Positions 9,414 to 18,024 of a DNA stretch of 64,000 nt are shown here, piece after piece (the stretch's first letter is position 1; every line of letters begins with the position of its first letter). The stretch comes from an uncultured Bacteroidota bacterium (GTDB taxonomy: Bacteria; Bacteroidota; Ignavibacteria; UBA10030; UBA6906), in the NCBI GenBank assembly GCA_963700635.1, contig CAVOYH010000003.1, positions 1,860,014-1,924,013 of the forward strand, written 5' to 3'. Below the pieces are notes generated by a model. The model had not been told where the DNA came from. It did not search any database and saw only the letters and a list, made by a program, of their open reading frames with translations. The position numbers and the translations under genes were made by a program.

Positions 9414-10955
9414 CTATCCGTCGGTTGATTCGCTGTCTGCCTCTGGTGCTTCTGCTGGAAAGACCATCTCTTCTACGTACGTGTCCTGGAACCCCTCAAG
9501 TTCGCCGAGAGAAACATGCGTGATCCGGCTGGCGAGTGCATCAAACGCACCAGGCGGCAGAAAGAGACCCATTTTTGCGCCGCGGAGGGCGGTGTTCCCG
9601 GTGGGTTCAATCTTGCCGACAGGGAAGGGGAGCAGGCCAATTCTCCGGGCGCTGCTGATGTTGATATAGTTTCCGAACGCGCCGGCGAGAAGGACCGTGT
9701 GTACATCTTCGCCTGGTATGCCGAACTCCCGCAGCAAAAGGTGGATTCCTGATGCCACCGCCCCTTTTGCGAGCTGAAGCTCGCGGATGTCCGTCTGGGA
9801 GATTCGGACAGGGTAGCAGAGTTCGAGCTTGTGACTCTTGTCGCTCAGCCGCCCGCTGGGTTGAATGAGGCCGAGATCCAGCGCGCCCGCCACAGCATCA
9901 ACGAGGCCGCTTCCACAGATGCCTCGTGGGGGGACATCGCCGAGCACGTGGCAGACCAGCGCGCCCTCGTGGACGTCGACCGACGCGACTGCGCCTGTCG
10001 AAGCGCGCATGCCCATATAGATCCGCGCTCCCTCGAATGCAGGCCCCGCGGCGGTGGATGCGCACAGCAGGCGTTCCCGGTTTCCAACGACGATCTCCCC
10101 GTTGGTCCCCAGATCGACAAGCACCGTGGGGAGTTCACTCTCGTGCATATGCGTCGCGAGAATGCCGGCCAGAACATCGCTTCCAACGAAACCGCCAATG
10201 TTCGGAAGAAACCGTACTGCAGGGCCTCCCGGCACCTCCCAGCCGAGCTCCGACCCGGTAAAGCTCCGACTGCCGAGCTCATGAGATTCAAACGGGACGT
10301 GCGACAACGGTGTGACGTCAATGTCGCAGAAGAGATGATGCATGACGGTGTTGCCGACGAGGATAATTTCGGCCACCGGGCGGGGCTCCGGTCCCGACGC
10401 TTCGAGGAGGGCGTCGACCATTTTGCCGATCTGCTTCCGCACGGCGGTGGCGAGTCTGGTCCGTACTGTGGGATCAGTGCCTACGCCCACGCGGCTCATG
10501 ATATCCGCTCCAAATCTGGCTTGTGCATTCAGTGCGGTGCGGACAGCCAGAACCTCCCCGTTCTGAAGGTCGAGGAGCTGTGCGACAATTGTTGTCGACC
10601 CCACGTCGATGGCGATTCCTGTTCCGGACCGGGGTGTGAACACAAAATTCGCAGTATCGGCCAGAATCTGGGCTTCCCAGTGGGCCATTTCGAGGGTGAG
10701 GTCCCCATCGGCCCGGCACTGGCAGCTCAATCGCCACCCGGCCTCGAGCTCCTCTGTGCTCAGCATCTTCTCCTGGGCGGGCGTGACCGGCAGTGACCCC
10801 TCGAGGACCCGGACACGGCACCCTTTGCACCTGCCATGGCCACCGCAGGGAAATTCCACACCGTGGGAAAAAAGGAGGTCCTGCAATCGTGCGCCTGGCG
10901 GAGCTTCGATATCCGTGCCCAATGGGCGAAGGCGTATCCTGATTGTGTCACTCAT
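9414..10955 (-). CDS. ATP-dependent corrinoid reductive activator (RACE/RamA; 2Fe-2S + ASKHA/DUF4445)
   Basis: CGGHGRCKGC...RLSCQ ferredoxin. DVGSTT, GGFVGSD, DLGTNGE, STAAGPAFEG, GICGSG and LAGAFG motifs. Confidence 0.92.
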   Translation of the reverse strand: MSDTIRIRLRPLGTDIEAPPGARLQDLLFSHGVEFPCGGHGRCKGCRVRVLEGSLPVTPAQEKMLSTEELEAGWRLSCQCRADGDLTLEMAHWEAQILADTANFVFTPRSGTGIAIDVGSTTIVAQLLDLQNGEVLAVRTALNAQARFGADIMSRVGVGTDPTVRTRLATAVRKQIGKMVDALLEASGPEPRPVAEIILVGNTVMHHLFCDIDVTPLSHVPFESHELGSRSFTGSELGWEVPGGPAVRFLPNIGGFVGSDVLAGILATHMHESELPTVLVDLGTNGEIVVGNRERLLCASTAAGPAFEGARIYMGMRASTGAVASVDVHEGALVCHVLGDVPPRGICGSGLVDAVAGALDLGLIQPSGRLSDKSHKLELCYPVRISQTDIRELQLAKGAVASGIHLLLREFGIPGEDVHTVLLAGAFGNYINISSARRIGLLPFPVGKIEPTGNTALRGAKMGLFLPPGAFDALASRITHVSLGELEGFQDTYVEEMVFPAEAPEADSESTDG

Positions 10956-11701
10956 GGCGTATTGGGTTGTGCGGCAATGATGCGATCATCGTATGTGCTT
11001 ACGACGGTGTGGCCCGGAGGAACAACCAGAAAGTCCTCATCGTCCCACGGCCCATTGACCAGACGTTCCAGGAGACTCAGACTGCCCGGTATGGCATCGA
11101 ATGACCACCCATGTTCGGCGGCCCGCTCCCGCGCAACCTGTTCGAACTGGTTGCCTGGTTCAACCCCCATCCCGATGTAGGTGATCTGTTTGTAGTGCTT
11201 CGTCTGATCGCAGAGCGTGTCGTAGAGGTAGCGTGCGTTTTCTTCGCCGTATTTTTCTACGAGCTGTTCGAAGGTCATATCCATACTGTTCTTGTTCTGG
11301 ATGGAGAGCTGGCGGAGTTCTCCGCTCGGGTCTCCCCGTTCGATCCAGCCGGATGTCAGGAAATACGTGCCGGGGTTATCCTGGAAGTACTGCAGGTACC
11401 GTTTGCGGCTTCCCATGAAGAGGGTCATGCAGTCGTGGCCGCGGGGGATTACAAGGGGGAGGGTCCGTGTGCGGAGGCCGGCGATACCGTTGTTGCACAG
11501 GGCATATCCCAGGAGGAGCGCATCATATCCCGGGGTGTCGGCGGCATCGACGGCCACCTGGAGCCGTTCGACCATGCCGGCGGACCCGATGTCGTGCAGA
11601 CCCTTCGGGAGAAATGCAAAATCCACCTGGTGAGGCGAACGGGCGATAAGGGAGCAAAGTTCGCGGTAGAGGACTTCGCAGGATACGAGCTTCAGCTTCA
11701 T
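10952..11701 (-). CDS. DUF1638 domain protein
   Basis: SCEVL, LPKGLH, LLGYALC, HDCMTLFMGS, PGTYFLTSGW and GSLSLLERLVNGPW segments. Typical position next to a RACE gene. Confidence 0.82.
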   Translation of the reverse strand: MKLKLVSCEVLYRELCSLIARSPHQVDFAFLPKGLHDIGSAGMVERLQVAVDAADTPGYDALLLGYALCNNGIAGLRTRTLPLVIPRGHDCMTLFMGSRKRYLQYFQDNPGTYFLTSGWIERGDPSGELRQLSIQNKNSMDMTFEQLVEKYGEENARYLYDTLCDQTKHYKQITYIGMGVEPGNQFEQVARERAAEHGWSFDAIPGSLSLLERLVNGPWDDEDFLVVPPGHTVVSTYDDRIIAAQPNTP

Positions 11702-12567
11702 CCGATCGTTCGGATCAATGCTGAAACAAACTCAGGAGAGGTGCCACAACAGCCGCCCACAAAGGCGACTCCGGCTTGCCGTAATCCTCCGGCCAACGTC
11801 GCAAACTCGTCGGCAGTCGTCCGGTACACGATCTCCCCGTTGACCAGCTCGGGCAGGCCGGCGTTGGGTTTGATCCAGACAGGGAGTGATGTTGCTGCGC
11901 GAAGGCGGCGGGCGATGGGGATGTAGCCCTCCATGCCGAGGCCACAATTGGCGCCGATGACATCAGCGCCTGCTTCTGCCAGGGCTTCTGCGACCTGCTC
12001 CGGAGTGGAACCCATCATGGTCCGGTCCTTCTCTTTGCCCGAATCAAAGACCATGGAAGCGACAACGGGAAGTCCCGTACTCCGCGCGGCTGCGACGGCA
12101 AGCAGGGCCTCCCCGAGGTCCGACATTGTTTCGACCACCAGCGCGTCAGGACCGGCGGAGGCGAGGGCGGCGGCTTGTTCGGTGAAAGCCGTCGTCAGGT
12201 CTTCCTCCGTGACATCGCCGCTCATCAGCATCTTTCCGCTCGGACCGATGGATGCGAAGACCATGGCGTTTGTACCGGCAGCAGCGCGGGAAAGCCTGAC
12301 GCCGGAGGCATTGAGGTCCACAACCCTGTCCGCCAGACCGTGCCCGATGAGAGCAATCCGATTACTGCGGAACGTGTTTGTGAGAATGACCCGGCTGCCG
12401 GCATTGACATACCGCCGGGCAACCTCTGTGACCAGGTCAGGATGAGTCAGGTTCCAGCCGTCCGGACATTCGCCCGGGGGAAGGCCGAGGGCCTGGAGCT
12501 GAGTCCCCCATGCGCCATCAGTGATGACGGGAGTCGTTGTGAGAAGACGCTGAAGAGTTGGATGCAT
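11698..12567 (-). CDS. Stand-alone homocysteine S-methyltransferase (MetH N-terminal domain-like)
   Basis: DGAWGTQL, TNTF, GANCG, PNAGLP and GGCCGT Zn-binding motifs. Confidence 0.93.
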   Translation of the reverse strand: MHPTLQRLLTTTPVITDGAWGTQLQALGLPPGECPDGWNLTHPDLVTEVARRYVNAGSRVILTNTFRSNRIALIGHGLADRVVDLNASGVRLSRAAAGTNAMVFASIGPSGKMLMSGDVTEEDLTTAFTEQAAALASAGPDALVVETMSDLGEALLAVAAARSTGLPVVASMVFDSGKEKDRTMMGSTPEQVAEALAEAGADVIGANCGLGMEGYIPIARRLRAATSLPVWIKPNAGLPELVNGEIVYRTTADEFATLAGGLRQAGVAFVGGCCGTSPEFVSALIRTIG

Positions 12568-12582
12568 TGTGCCCCGATTTAT

Positions 12583-13218
12583 CTAGCCGGCGACCAGTTT
12601 TCGTGCGAGGGCAACGGCTCCGTTCGCATTCGTGCTGTAGCCGTCCGCGCCGATCTCTTCGGCGTATTTCTCTGTCACGGGCGCCCCCCCGATCATGATC
12701 TTCACGCGCGGGCGGACGCCGGCGGCCTTCACCGCTTCAATCGTCGTCTTCATCGAGTTCATGGTGGTTGTGAGAAGGGCCGACATGGCCATGAGGCCCG
12801 CTTGCTTCTCATTCAGCGCAGCGATGAACTTCTCCGGCGAGACATCCACGCCGAGATCAATCACTTCAAAGCCCGCGCCTTCCAGCATTGCCCCCACAAG
12901 GTTTTTCCCGATGTCGTGGAGATCGCCTTTCACCGTGCCGATGACGACACGACCGGCCGGCTGGGCTCCACTGGCGGTCAAAAGGGGTCGAATGAGTTCG
13001 AGCGAGGCCTTCATTGCCCGGGCCGAGATCAGGAGTTCCGGCACAAAGTATTCATTTGCTTCGTAGCGGCGCCCGACTTCATCCATGGCGGGAATCATGT
13101 GCTCCTGGACCATGACCTGAGGGTCCATGCCCGCTGCAAGCGCCTGCTGTGTGATTTCCCTGGCGGACTTGAAATTCCCGGTCAGGATCGCATCATACAG
13201 TTTCTTGAGTTCTTCCAT
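12583..13218 (-). CDS. Corrinoid (B12-binding) protein
   Basis: Four-helix cap (YFVPELLISARAM) plus GDLHDIGKNLV, DLGVDV, SALLTTT and IGGAP. Confidence 0.96.
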   Translation of the reverse strand: MEELKKLYDAILTGNFKSAREITQQALAAGMDPQVMVQEHMIPAMDEVGRRYEANEYFVPELLISARAMKASLELIRPLLTASGAQPAGRVVIGTVKGDLHDIGKNLVGAMLEGAGFEVIDLGVDVSPEKFIAALNEKQAGLMAMSALLTTTMNSMKTTIEAVKAAGVRPRVKIMIGGAPVTEKYAEEIGADGYSTNANGAVALARKLVAG

Positions 13219-13253
13219 TGATTGTCTCTCCTCTCAGAGGTAGTACAGGGTTG

Positions 13254-14303
13254 TTATTGCCGTCCATTTTCGTAAATCGTGTCATAGAGCGCAAGAATAT
13301 TCGCCGTCGGTGTTACAGGCTGCAGGTTATGGCAAGGCGCGCAGATCCACCGTGCGCCGGAGAAGATACGGATATTATCCAGTACTTCCGACCGGACTTC
13401 CTCCGGCGATCCGAACGGGAGCGTGTACTGATTGTCGACCGCTCCATGGAAGATGACTTTTTCGCCGAAATCGCGGACGAGCCCTTCCCGTTCCATTCCC
13501 GGGCATCGCCACTGGATGGGATTGAGGAGCTCAATTCCAGTGGTGTTGATAAGGTCGGGGATGATCTCGCGGGCGGCGCCATCCGTGTGATAGAAGATGT
13601 GAATGCCGTAGCGCCGCGCGAGGTCCGCCATCTTCTTCTGGCGTGGGAGAATGAACTTGCGGATCTCGGGAACCCCGAACAGCAGGGCGGTCTGACCGCC
13701 GAGGTCTTCGGCGACGTAGGTGACGTCGATACGCCCTTTCCCGATGTCGAAGGCCTTCTCATTGACAGTGTAGTGATACCGGAAAATGTACTCCAGGGCC
13801 GTGTCCACAAATTCCTGGTCGACGAGGAGATCCATCATTGCGAGCTCCATACCCCGGAGAGCGCAATACAGGAGGAACGGCTCGAATTCTCCCGAACGTA
13901 CAGCCCGGTGTGCCGGAGCAGCGGCAATATCGGACCGGAACCGGTCAAAATCGTGGTCGGCAGGGTCCGGCCATGCGTACGCATGCAGCTCATCCACTGA
14001 TGTCATCTCGGCAAAAGGATGATTTGCGAACTCATCGTACACACCCTCTCCATAATCAATCGATGTGCGCCGGAGGCCCCAGATATCCGCTTCGGGATCG
14101 CCAGGGTGGTGGTCGACCGTCCGTACAGGATTGATGTGCACGAGCCCATCGATGTGGAGGCGCGTGTACAACGTTTCCTTGTCGGCACACTGCAACTCCC
14201 GCAACAGGCGGGCCGTTACTTCGTCCGTTGCCCAGTAGTCAGTGGGAATACGATCAGATTTCTTGCCTGTAAACAGGGCCAGCCAGCGTTCCCGAGGAGT
14301 CAT
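13254..14303 (-). CDS. URO-D family protein (putative methyltransferase)
   Basis: MTPRER start, EDLGGQ, YHTDG, NPIQW, FHGAVDNQ and APCHNLQ motifs. Confidence 0.85.
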   Translation of the reverse strand: MTPRERWLALFTGKKSDRIPTDYWATDEVTARLLRELQCADKETLYTRLHIDGLVHINPVRTVDHHPGDPEADIWGLRRTSIDYGEGVYDEFANHPFAEMTSVDELHAYAWPDPADHDFDRFRSDIAAAPAHRAVRSGEFEPFLLYCALRGMELAMMDLLVDQEFVDTALEYIFRYHYTVNEKAFDIGKGRIDVTYVAEDLGGQTALLFGVPEIRKFILPRQKKMADLARRYGIHIFYHTDGAAREIIPDLINTTGIELLNPIQWRCPGMEREGLVRDFGEKVIFHGAVDNQYTLPFGSPEEVRSEVLDNIRIFSGARWICAPCHNLQPVTPTANILALYDTIYENGRQ

Positions 14304-14310
14304 GAAAAGT

Positions 14311-14339
14311 AAAATGCACCATTATTGTGAGAGAATCAA
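14311..14339 (-). promoter_or_regulatory. Putative sigma70 promoter of the corrinoid operon (apparently leaderless)
   Basis: Minus strand TTGATT-17 bp-CATTTT, 7 nt before ATG 14303. No SD sequence. Confidence 0.5.
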
Positions 14340-14361
14340 CACTTTTTCAGGGGCATTTCAT

Positions 14362-14390
14362 TTGTAAATCGGCGTTTCATTTGCTATTTT
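14362..14390 (+). promoter_or_regulatory. Putative sigma70 promoter of the divergent URO-D gene (apparently leaderless)
   Basis: TTGTAA-17 bp-TATTTT with an extended -10 TG, 6 nt before ATG 14397. No SD sequence. Confidence 0.55.
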
Positions 14391-14396
14391 TCGTCT

Positions 14397-15527
14397 ATGA
14401 TTACGCCCCGAGAGCGCGTCCTGGCTGCAATGAACGGAGGGATTCCGGACAAAGTGCCGTTTATGTGCCAGCTCAGCATCGGCCATATGCTGCTCGCGCT
14501 CGATGAGTCGCCTGCGGGGTTCTGGCACGATCCGGACACGTACGCCGAAGGCCTTGTCCGTTTGCGCGCACTGTACGGTTTTGACGGTATCCTGGTGAGC
14601 CTTCATGGCCATGATCCGGACTGGCGCACGCGGGTGAAAAAGTTCTGGATTACAGAGGAGGGGGAAGAGGTGCTCTGGGCCAACGGCGATCGCACCATCT
14701 ACCCCCTGAATGAGCTCCCCCGACACCAGCCCGCGCAGGACCCCGCCGCCCCGTTGCTGGAAGAGTACCCGCTGGACACTCTTCCCGATCGACTTGACTA
14801 CATCCCCGTTTCCCGGGGACTCCACTTTGCCCTCCACCTCGACCACCTATTCGACGTGTTCCAGGACCTCCGGGTCAGGACAGATGGCCGGTACTCGATT
14901 CACGGCGAAGTGACCTCTCCGCTCGACTACTACCTCGATATTTTCGGCATCGACGCCGGACTCATGGGGATGATTGACGATCCGGAAAAAGTCGAGCAGA
15001 TACTGCTGCATTTTGCCAGGCTTGTGGGGGACCTGGCAGGGCGAATGTGCGGAACGGGTGTTGACGCGATCAAAGTCTCCTCGCCCTTCGCCGGGGCAGG
15101 ATTCCTGTCGCAGGACTTCTATCGCCGGTTCGTTCTCCCGGCTGAAACCGTGGTTGTGAGCGCCATCCGCTCTCACGGTGTCCACGCCTATCTCCACACT
15201 TGCGGCGCGATCGGCGACAGGCTGGAGCTGATGTTTGCTTCCGGGGCGTCGGGGATCGAATGTCTGGATCCGCCTCCTCTCGGCAATGTGGAACTCCGGG
15301 AGGCGAAGACGCGTACCCGGCATCTCGGCTTCATCAAAGGCAATCTCGATTCGGTCAATACTCTCCTCAATGGATCGCCTGAGCACATTGTCGCTGATGC
15401 GCAGGAACGCCTTGCCATTGGCAGGGAAGGGGGAGGATTTATCCTGAGTACCGCGTGTTCGGTTGCACCGGGCGTGAAACCGGAGAGCCTTCTTCTTGTC
15501 CGGGACGTTGTGGAACGGTGCGGATAG
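14397..15527 (+). CDS. URO-D / MtaA family protein (putative methyltransferase)
   Basis: TPRERVLAA..G..PDKVP start, LHTCG, KGNLD and GGFILSTACS motifs. Confidence 0.85.
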   Translation: MITPRERVLAAMNGGIPDKVPFMCQLSIGHMLLALDESPAGFWHDPDTYAEGLVRLRALYGFDGILVSLHGHDPDWRTRVKKFWITEEGEEVLWANGDRTIYPLNELPRHQPAQDPAAPLLEEYPLDTLPDRLDYIPVSRGLHFALHLDHLFDVFQDLRVRTDGRYSIHGEVTSPLDYYLDIFGIDAGLMGMIDDPEKVEQILLHFARLVGDLAGRMCGTGVDAIKVSSPFAGAGFLSQDFYRRFVLPAETVVVSAIRSHGVHAYLHTCGAIGDRLELMFASGASGIECLDPPPLGNVELREAKTRTRHLGFIKGNLDSVNTLLNGSPEHIVADAQERLAIGREGGGFILSTACSVAPGVKPESLLLVRDVVERCG

Positions 15528-15564
15528 CTCCGCGATGGAGTTCGCACGTGAAAGGATTCTCTGT

Positions 15565-17997
15565 ATGTCGACGACGACACTGTGGAAGACTGCTCTGGCA
15601 TGTGTCTGTGCAACAACACTCATGCGGGGAGGGACATTGACGTCTTCGCGCAACGAACAGCCGGGCTTCCTTTCCGTCCCCCAACTCACCAGAGCCGGCA
15701 TCGTCTGCACGAATAGCTTTGGCTCTGCGCTGTACAGGCTCGACGGGTCAACAGTTGTGGAGATCGCTTCCGGGCCTGGCGTGGGTCTCTATTATACCAT
15801 CTCCCCTGATGGGGCACGGGTTGGTTTCAAACGAATTACGGATGAGGGCCTTCAGGTGCCGTCGATCCTCGACCCGGCGACGGGGAAGAGCGAATCGCTC
15901 ACCGCACCCGTACGGCAGGCAGGGCAGGTCAGCTTTACGGATGACGGGAGGATGGCGTTCACAATCGGGTCCGAGATGGTCGTCACCGACGGAGTCATCG
16001 AACACCGCTATGACCTCGGCCTCTACGCAAACATCGCTCCGATATCTCCCGACGGTTCGATCGTGGCGTACAACGATGCCGACGACCAGATATGGGTTCT
16101 TTCATTGCAGTCGGGGAAGCGTGAAAAGATCAGCGTTCCCGGGCGGGGGTATTTTTCGCCCCTCTGGTCCCCTGACGGGGCCCGCCTTGTGTTCCGCGGA
16201 CTCTCAGGGACCATGCATGTGTACGACCGGACGCCGGGAAACGTCATTGACATAGGGCAAGGCGACCATCCGGCCTGGATGTCTGACTCCCGTTCGCTGC
16301 TCTTCTATCGAACGACAATCGAGAACGGCCGGCTTGTGGAATCTGATCTTTTCACCATCAGGGCGGATGGGACAGAAGAACGGCAGCTGACCAGAACGGC
16401 TGGTATTCTTGAGATGGATCCCGCTCCGGCGGGGGATGGTACGTCCATTCTGTGTCAGACGCATGCCCTGAACCAGCTGCTGACGGTGCCCATGGCCACG
16501 GGACCGTCGCTTGCAAAGGCCGCTCCTTCGGTTCTTGCAAACGGAAAGGGGCTTTCCATCGTGCCGCGGTTTCCTCCGGCAGTTCAGCAGCCGGACGTGA
16601 TTCTCGATATCCCCTATGTTCATCAGGTCTATGACACACCGGACTGGTTTAATGGCCACTGGGCATGTGCCCCAACCCAGGCCATCATGCTCCTGGCATA
16701 CTACAATGTGCTTCCCCCCTGGACCATCGTCTGCAGCTGGCCGAGCCGCCATCCAACGTCCTGGGGAAACTACGTCGCCGATCGGTATCGATTTCGTCAG
16801 GTAGAATACAGCTTTCTTGCGGACGACCCAAACCAAAGCCCGGCCATGGGGGGATACGGTTACATGTGGACAGGGACATCGAGCCCGCACTCCCGTATGG
16901 CAAGCTACTTCAGGAACCATGGACTCACAGCGACCCAGACCGAATCGACACCGTATAGCACGGCGGCCGCGGAAGTCGGCGGCGGGTATCCCTTCAGCAT
17001 GTGCGTGATGCTCACGGATGCCGGGCATCTGGTCCTCGCGCACGGGTTCGGCGCTGAGCCGCACACGTTTGTGTTCAATGATCCGTACGGGAACAAGAAC
17101 CTGGGGTACATGAACACCGCAGGGAAGAACGTCCTGTACGATTGGCCGGGTTTCAATAACGGGTATCAAAACCTGACCGGAGTAGCCTGGTGCATTGCGA
17201 CACGGTCAGTTGCTCCGGCGGTGTCTGATTCCATCGTTGATGATCTCCAGTTCGGGAACGGGTTCACTCTCGCCACAGCTTCGCCGGCGTCCATGGGGAG
17301 GTGGCGGGATCTGACACGGGGATACCAGGGGCATCTCTGGTACACATACACGCAGACCGGTGTGGCCGACACGTGCTTTGCAGAATGGCGGCCCGCCCTG
17401 CAGGCAGCGGGTGCCTACGCGGTCGATGCCTTCATCCCGCTCAGCAATGCCACGCACGCGGTCTACCGGATCGTGCACGCCGAAGGATCGGATACCGTCG
17501 TCATCGATCAGAGCCCGTACCGCGAGGCCTGGGTCCCTCTGGGCATCTACTCCTTCGATGCCGGGAATTCCGGTCATGTGTACCTCGGAGACGCGTCCAC
17601 CGTCGCCGGGCAGGAAATCGTCTTTGATGCACTCCGGTGGAGCCGGGTGGTGACGGCTATGAGCGGGGACATGGTGTCGTTCACCCCGGCTCGATGGGTC
17701 TTACACCAGAATTATCCGAATCCGTTCAATCCGGGCACGACCATACTCTACACGGTCGGCCGAACGGACGAAAGGGCCGGTACGGAGCGTGGCGGGAGAA
17801 GTGTGGGGGATGGTGTGGTACGGCTTGGGGTGTATGATGTGCTGGGAAGGGAGGTGGCGGTGCTGGTCGACGGCGTGGTCTCTCCCGGTGAGCACAGCGT
17901 CGTGTTCGACGCAGGTGGTCTCGCCGGTGGTGTGTACTTCTACAGGCTTCAGACGCCGGCGGGGAGCCTCGTCCGCACCATGCTTTTCGCGAAATAA
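15565..17997 (+). CDS. Secreted TolB/PD40 propeller + C39-like cysteine peptidase + golvesin-like domain + T9SS CTD
   Basis: AAGGA RBS and signal-like N-terminus. SPDG/WSPDG repeats. PYVHQ..ACAPT (Cys), GHLV (His), NDPYG. AEWRP...WVPLG.Y.F...DALRW golvesin-like segment. QNYPNPFNP...GVYFYRL CTD. Confidence 0.75.
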   Translation: MSTTTLWKTALACVCATTLMRGGTLTSSRNEQPGFLSVPQLTRAGIVCTNSFGSALYRLDGSTVVEIASGPGVGLYYTISPDGARVGFKRITDEGLQVPSILDPATGKSESLTAPVRQAGQVSFTDDGRMAFTIGSEMVVTDGVIEHRYDLGLYANIAPISPDGSIVAYNDADDQIWVLSLQSGKREKISVPGRGYFSPLWSPDGARLVFRGLSGTMHVYDRTPGNVIDIGQGDHPAWMSDSRSLLFYRTTIENGRLVESDLFTIRADGTEERQLTRTAGILEMDPAPAGDGTSILCQTHALNQLLTVPMATGPSLAKAAPSVLANGKGLSIVPRFPPAVQQPDVILDIPYVHQVYDTPDWFNGHWACAPTQAIMLLAYYNVLPPWTIVCSWPSRHPTSWGNYVADRYRFRQVEYSFLADDPNQSPAMGGYGYMWTGTSSPHSRMASYFRNHGLTATQTESTPYSTAAAEVGGGYPFSMCVMLTDAGHLVLAHGFGAEPHTFVFNDPYGNKNLGYMNTAGKNVLYDWPGFNNGYQNLTGVAWCIATRSVAPAVSDSIVDDLQFGNGFTLATASPASMGRWRDLTRGYQGHLWYTYTQTGVADTCFAEWRPALQAAGAYAVDAFIPLSNATHAVYRIVHAEGSDTVVIDQSPYREAWVPLGIYSFDAGNSGHVYLGDASTVAGQEIVFDALRWSRVVTAMSGDMVSFTPARWVLHQNYPNPFNPGTTILYTVGRTDERAGTERGGRSVGDGVVRLGVYDVLGREVAVLVDGVVSPGEHSVVFDAGGLAGGVYFYRLQTPAGSLVRTMLFAK

Positions 17998-18024
17998 GTC
18001 TCTCGTACTCTGCCCGGAGGACGG

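Noticed and set aside
8414-15527. Reading the URO-D genes as haem-pathway hemE
   Set aside because: Three divergent copies with metal-ligand motifs, embedded among corrinoid genes and with no other hem genes, fit the methyltransferase branch of the family.
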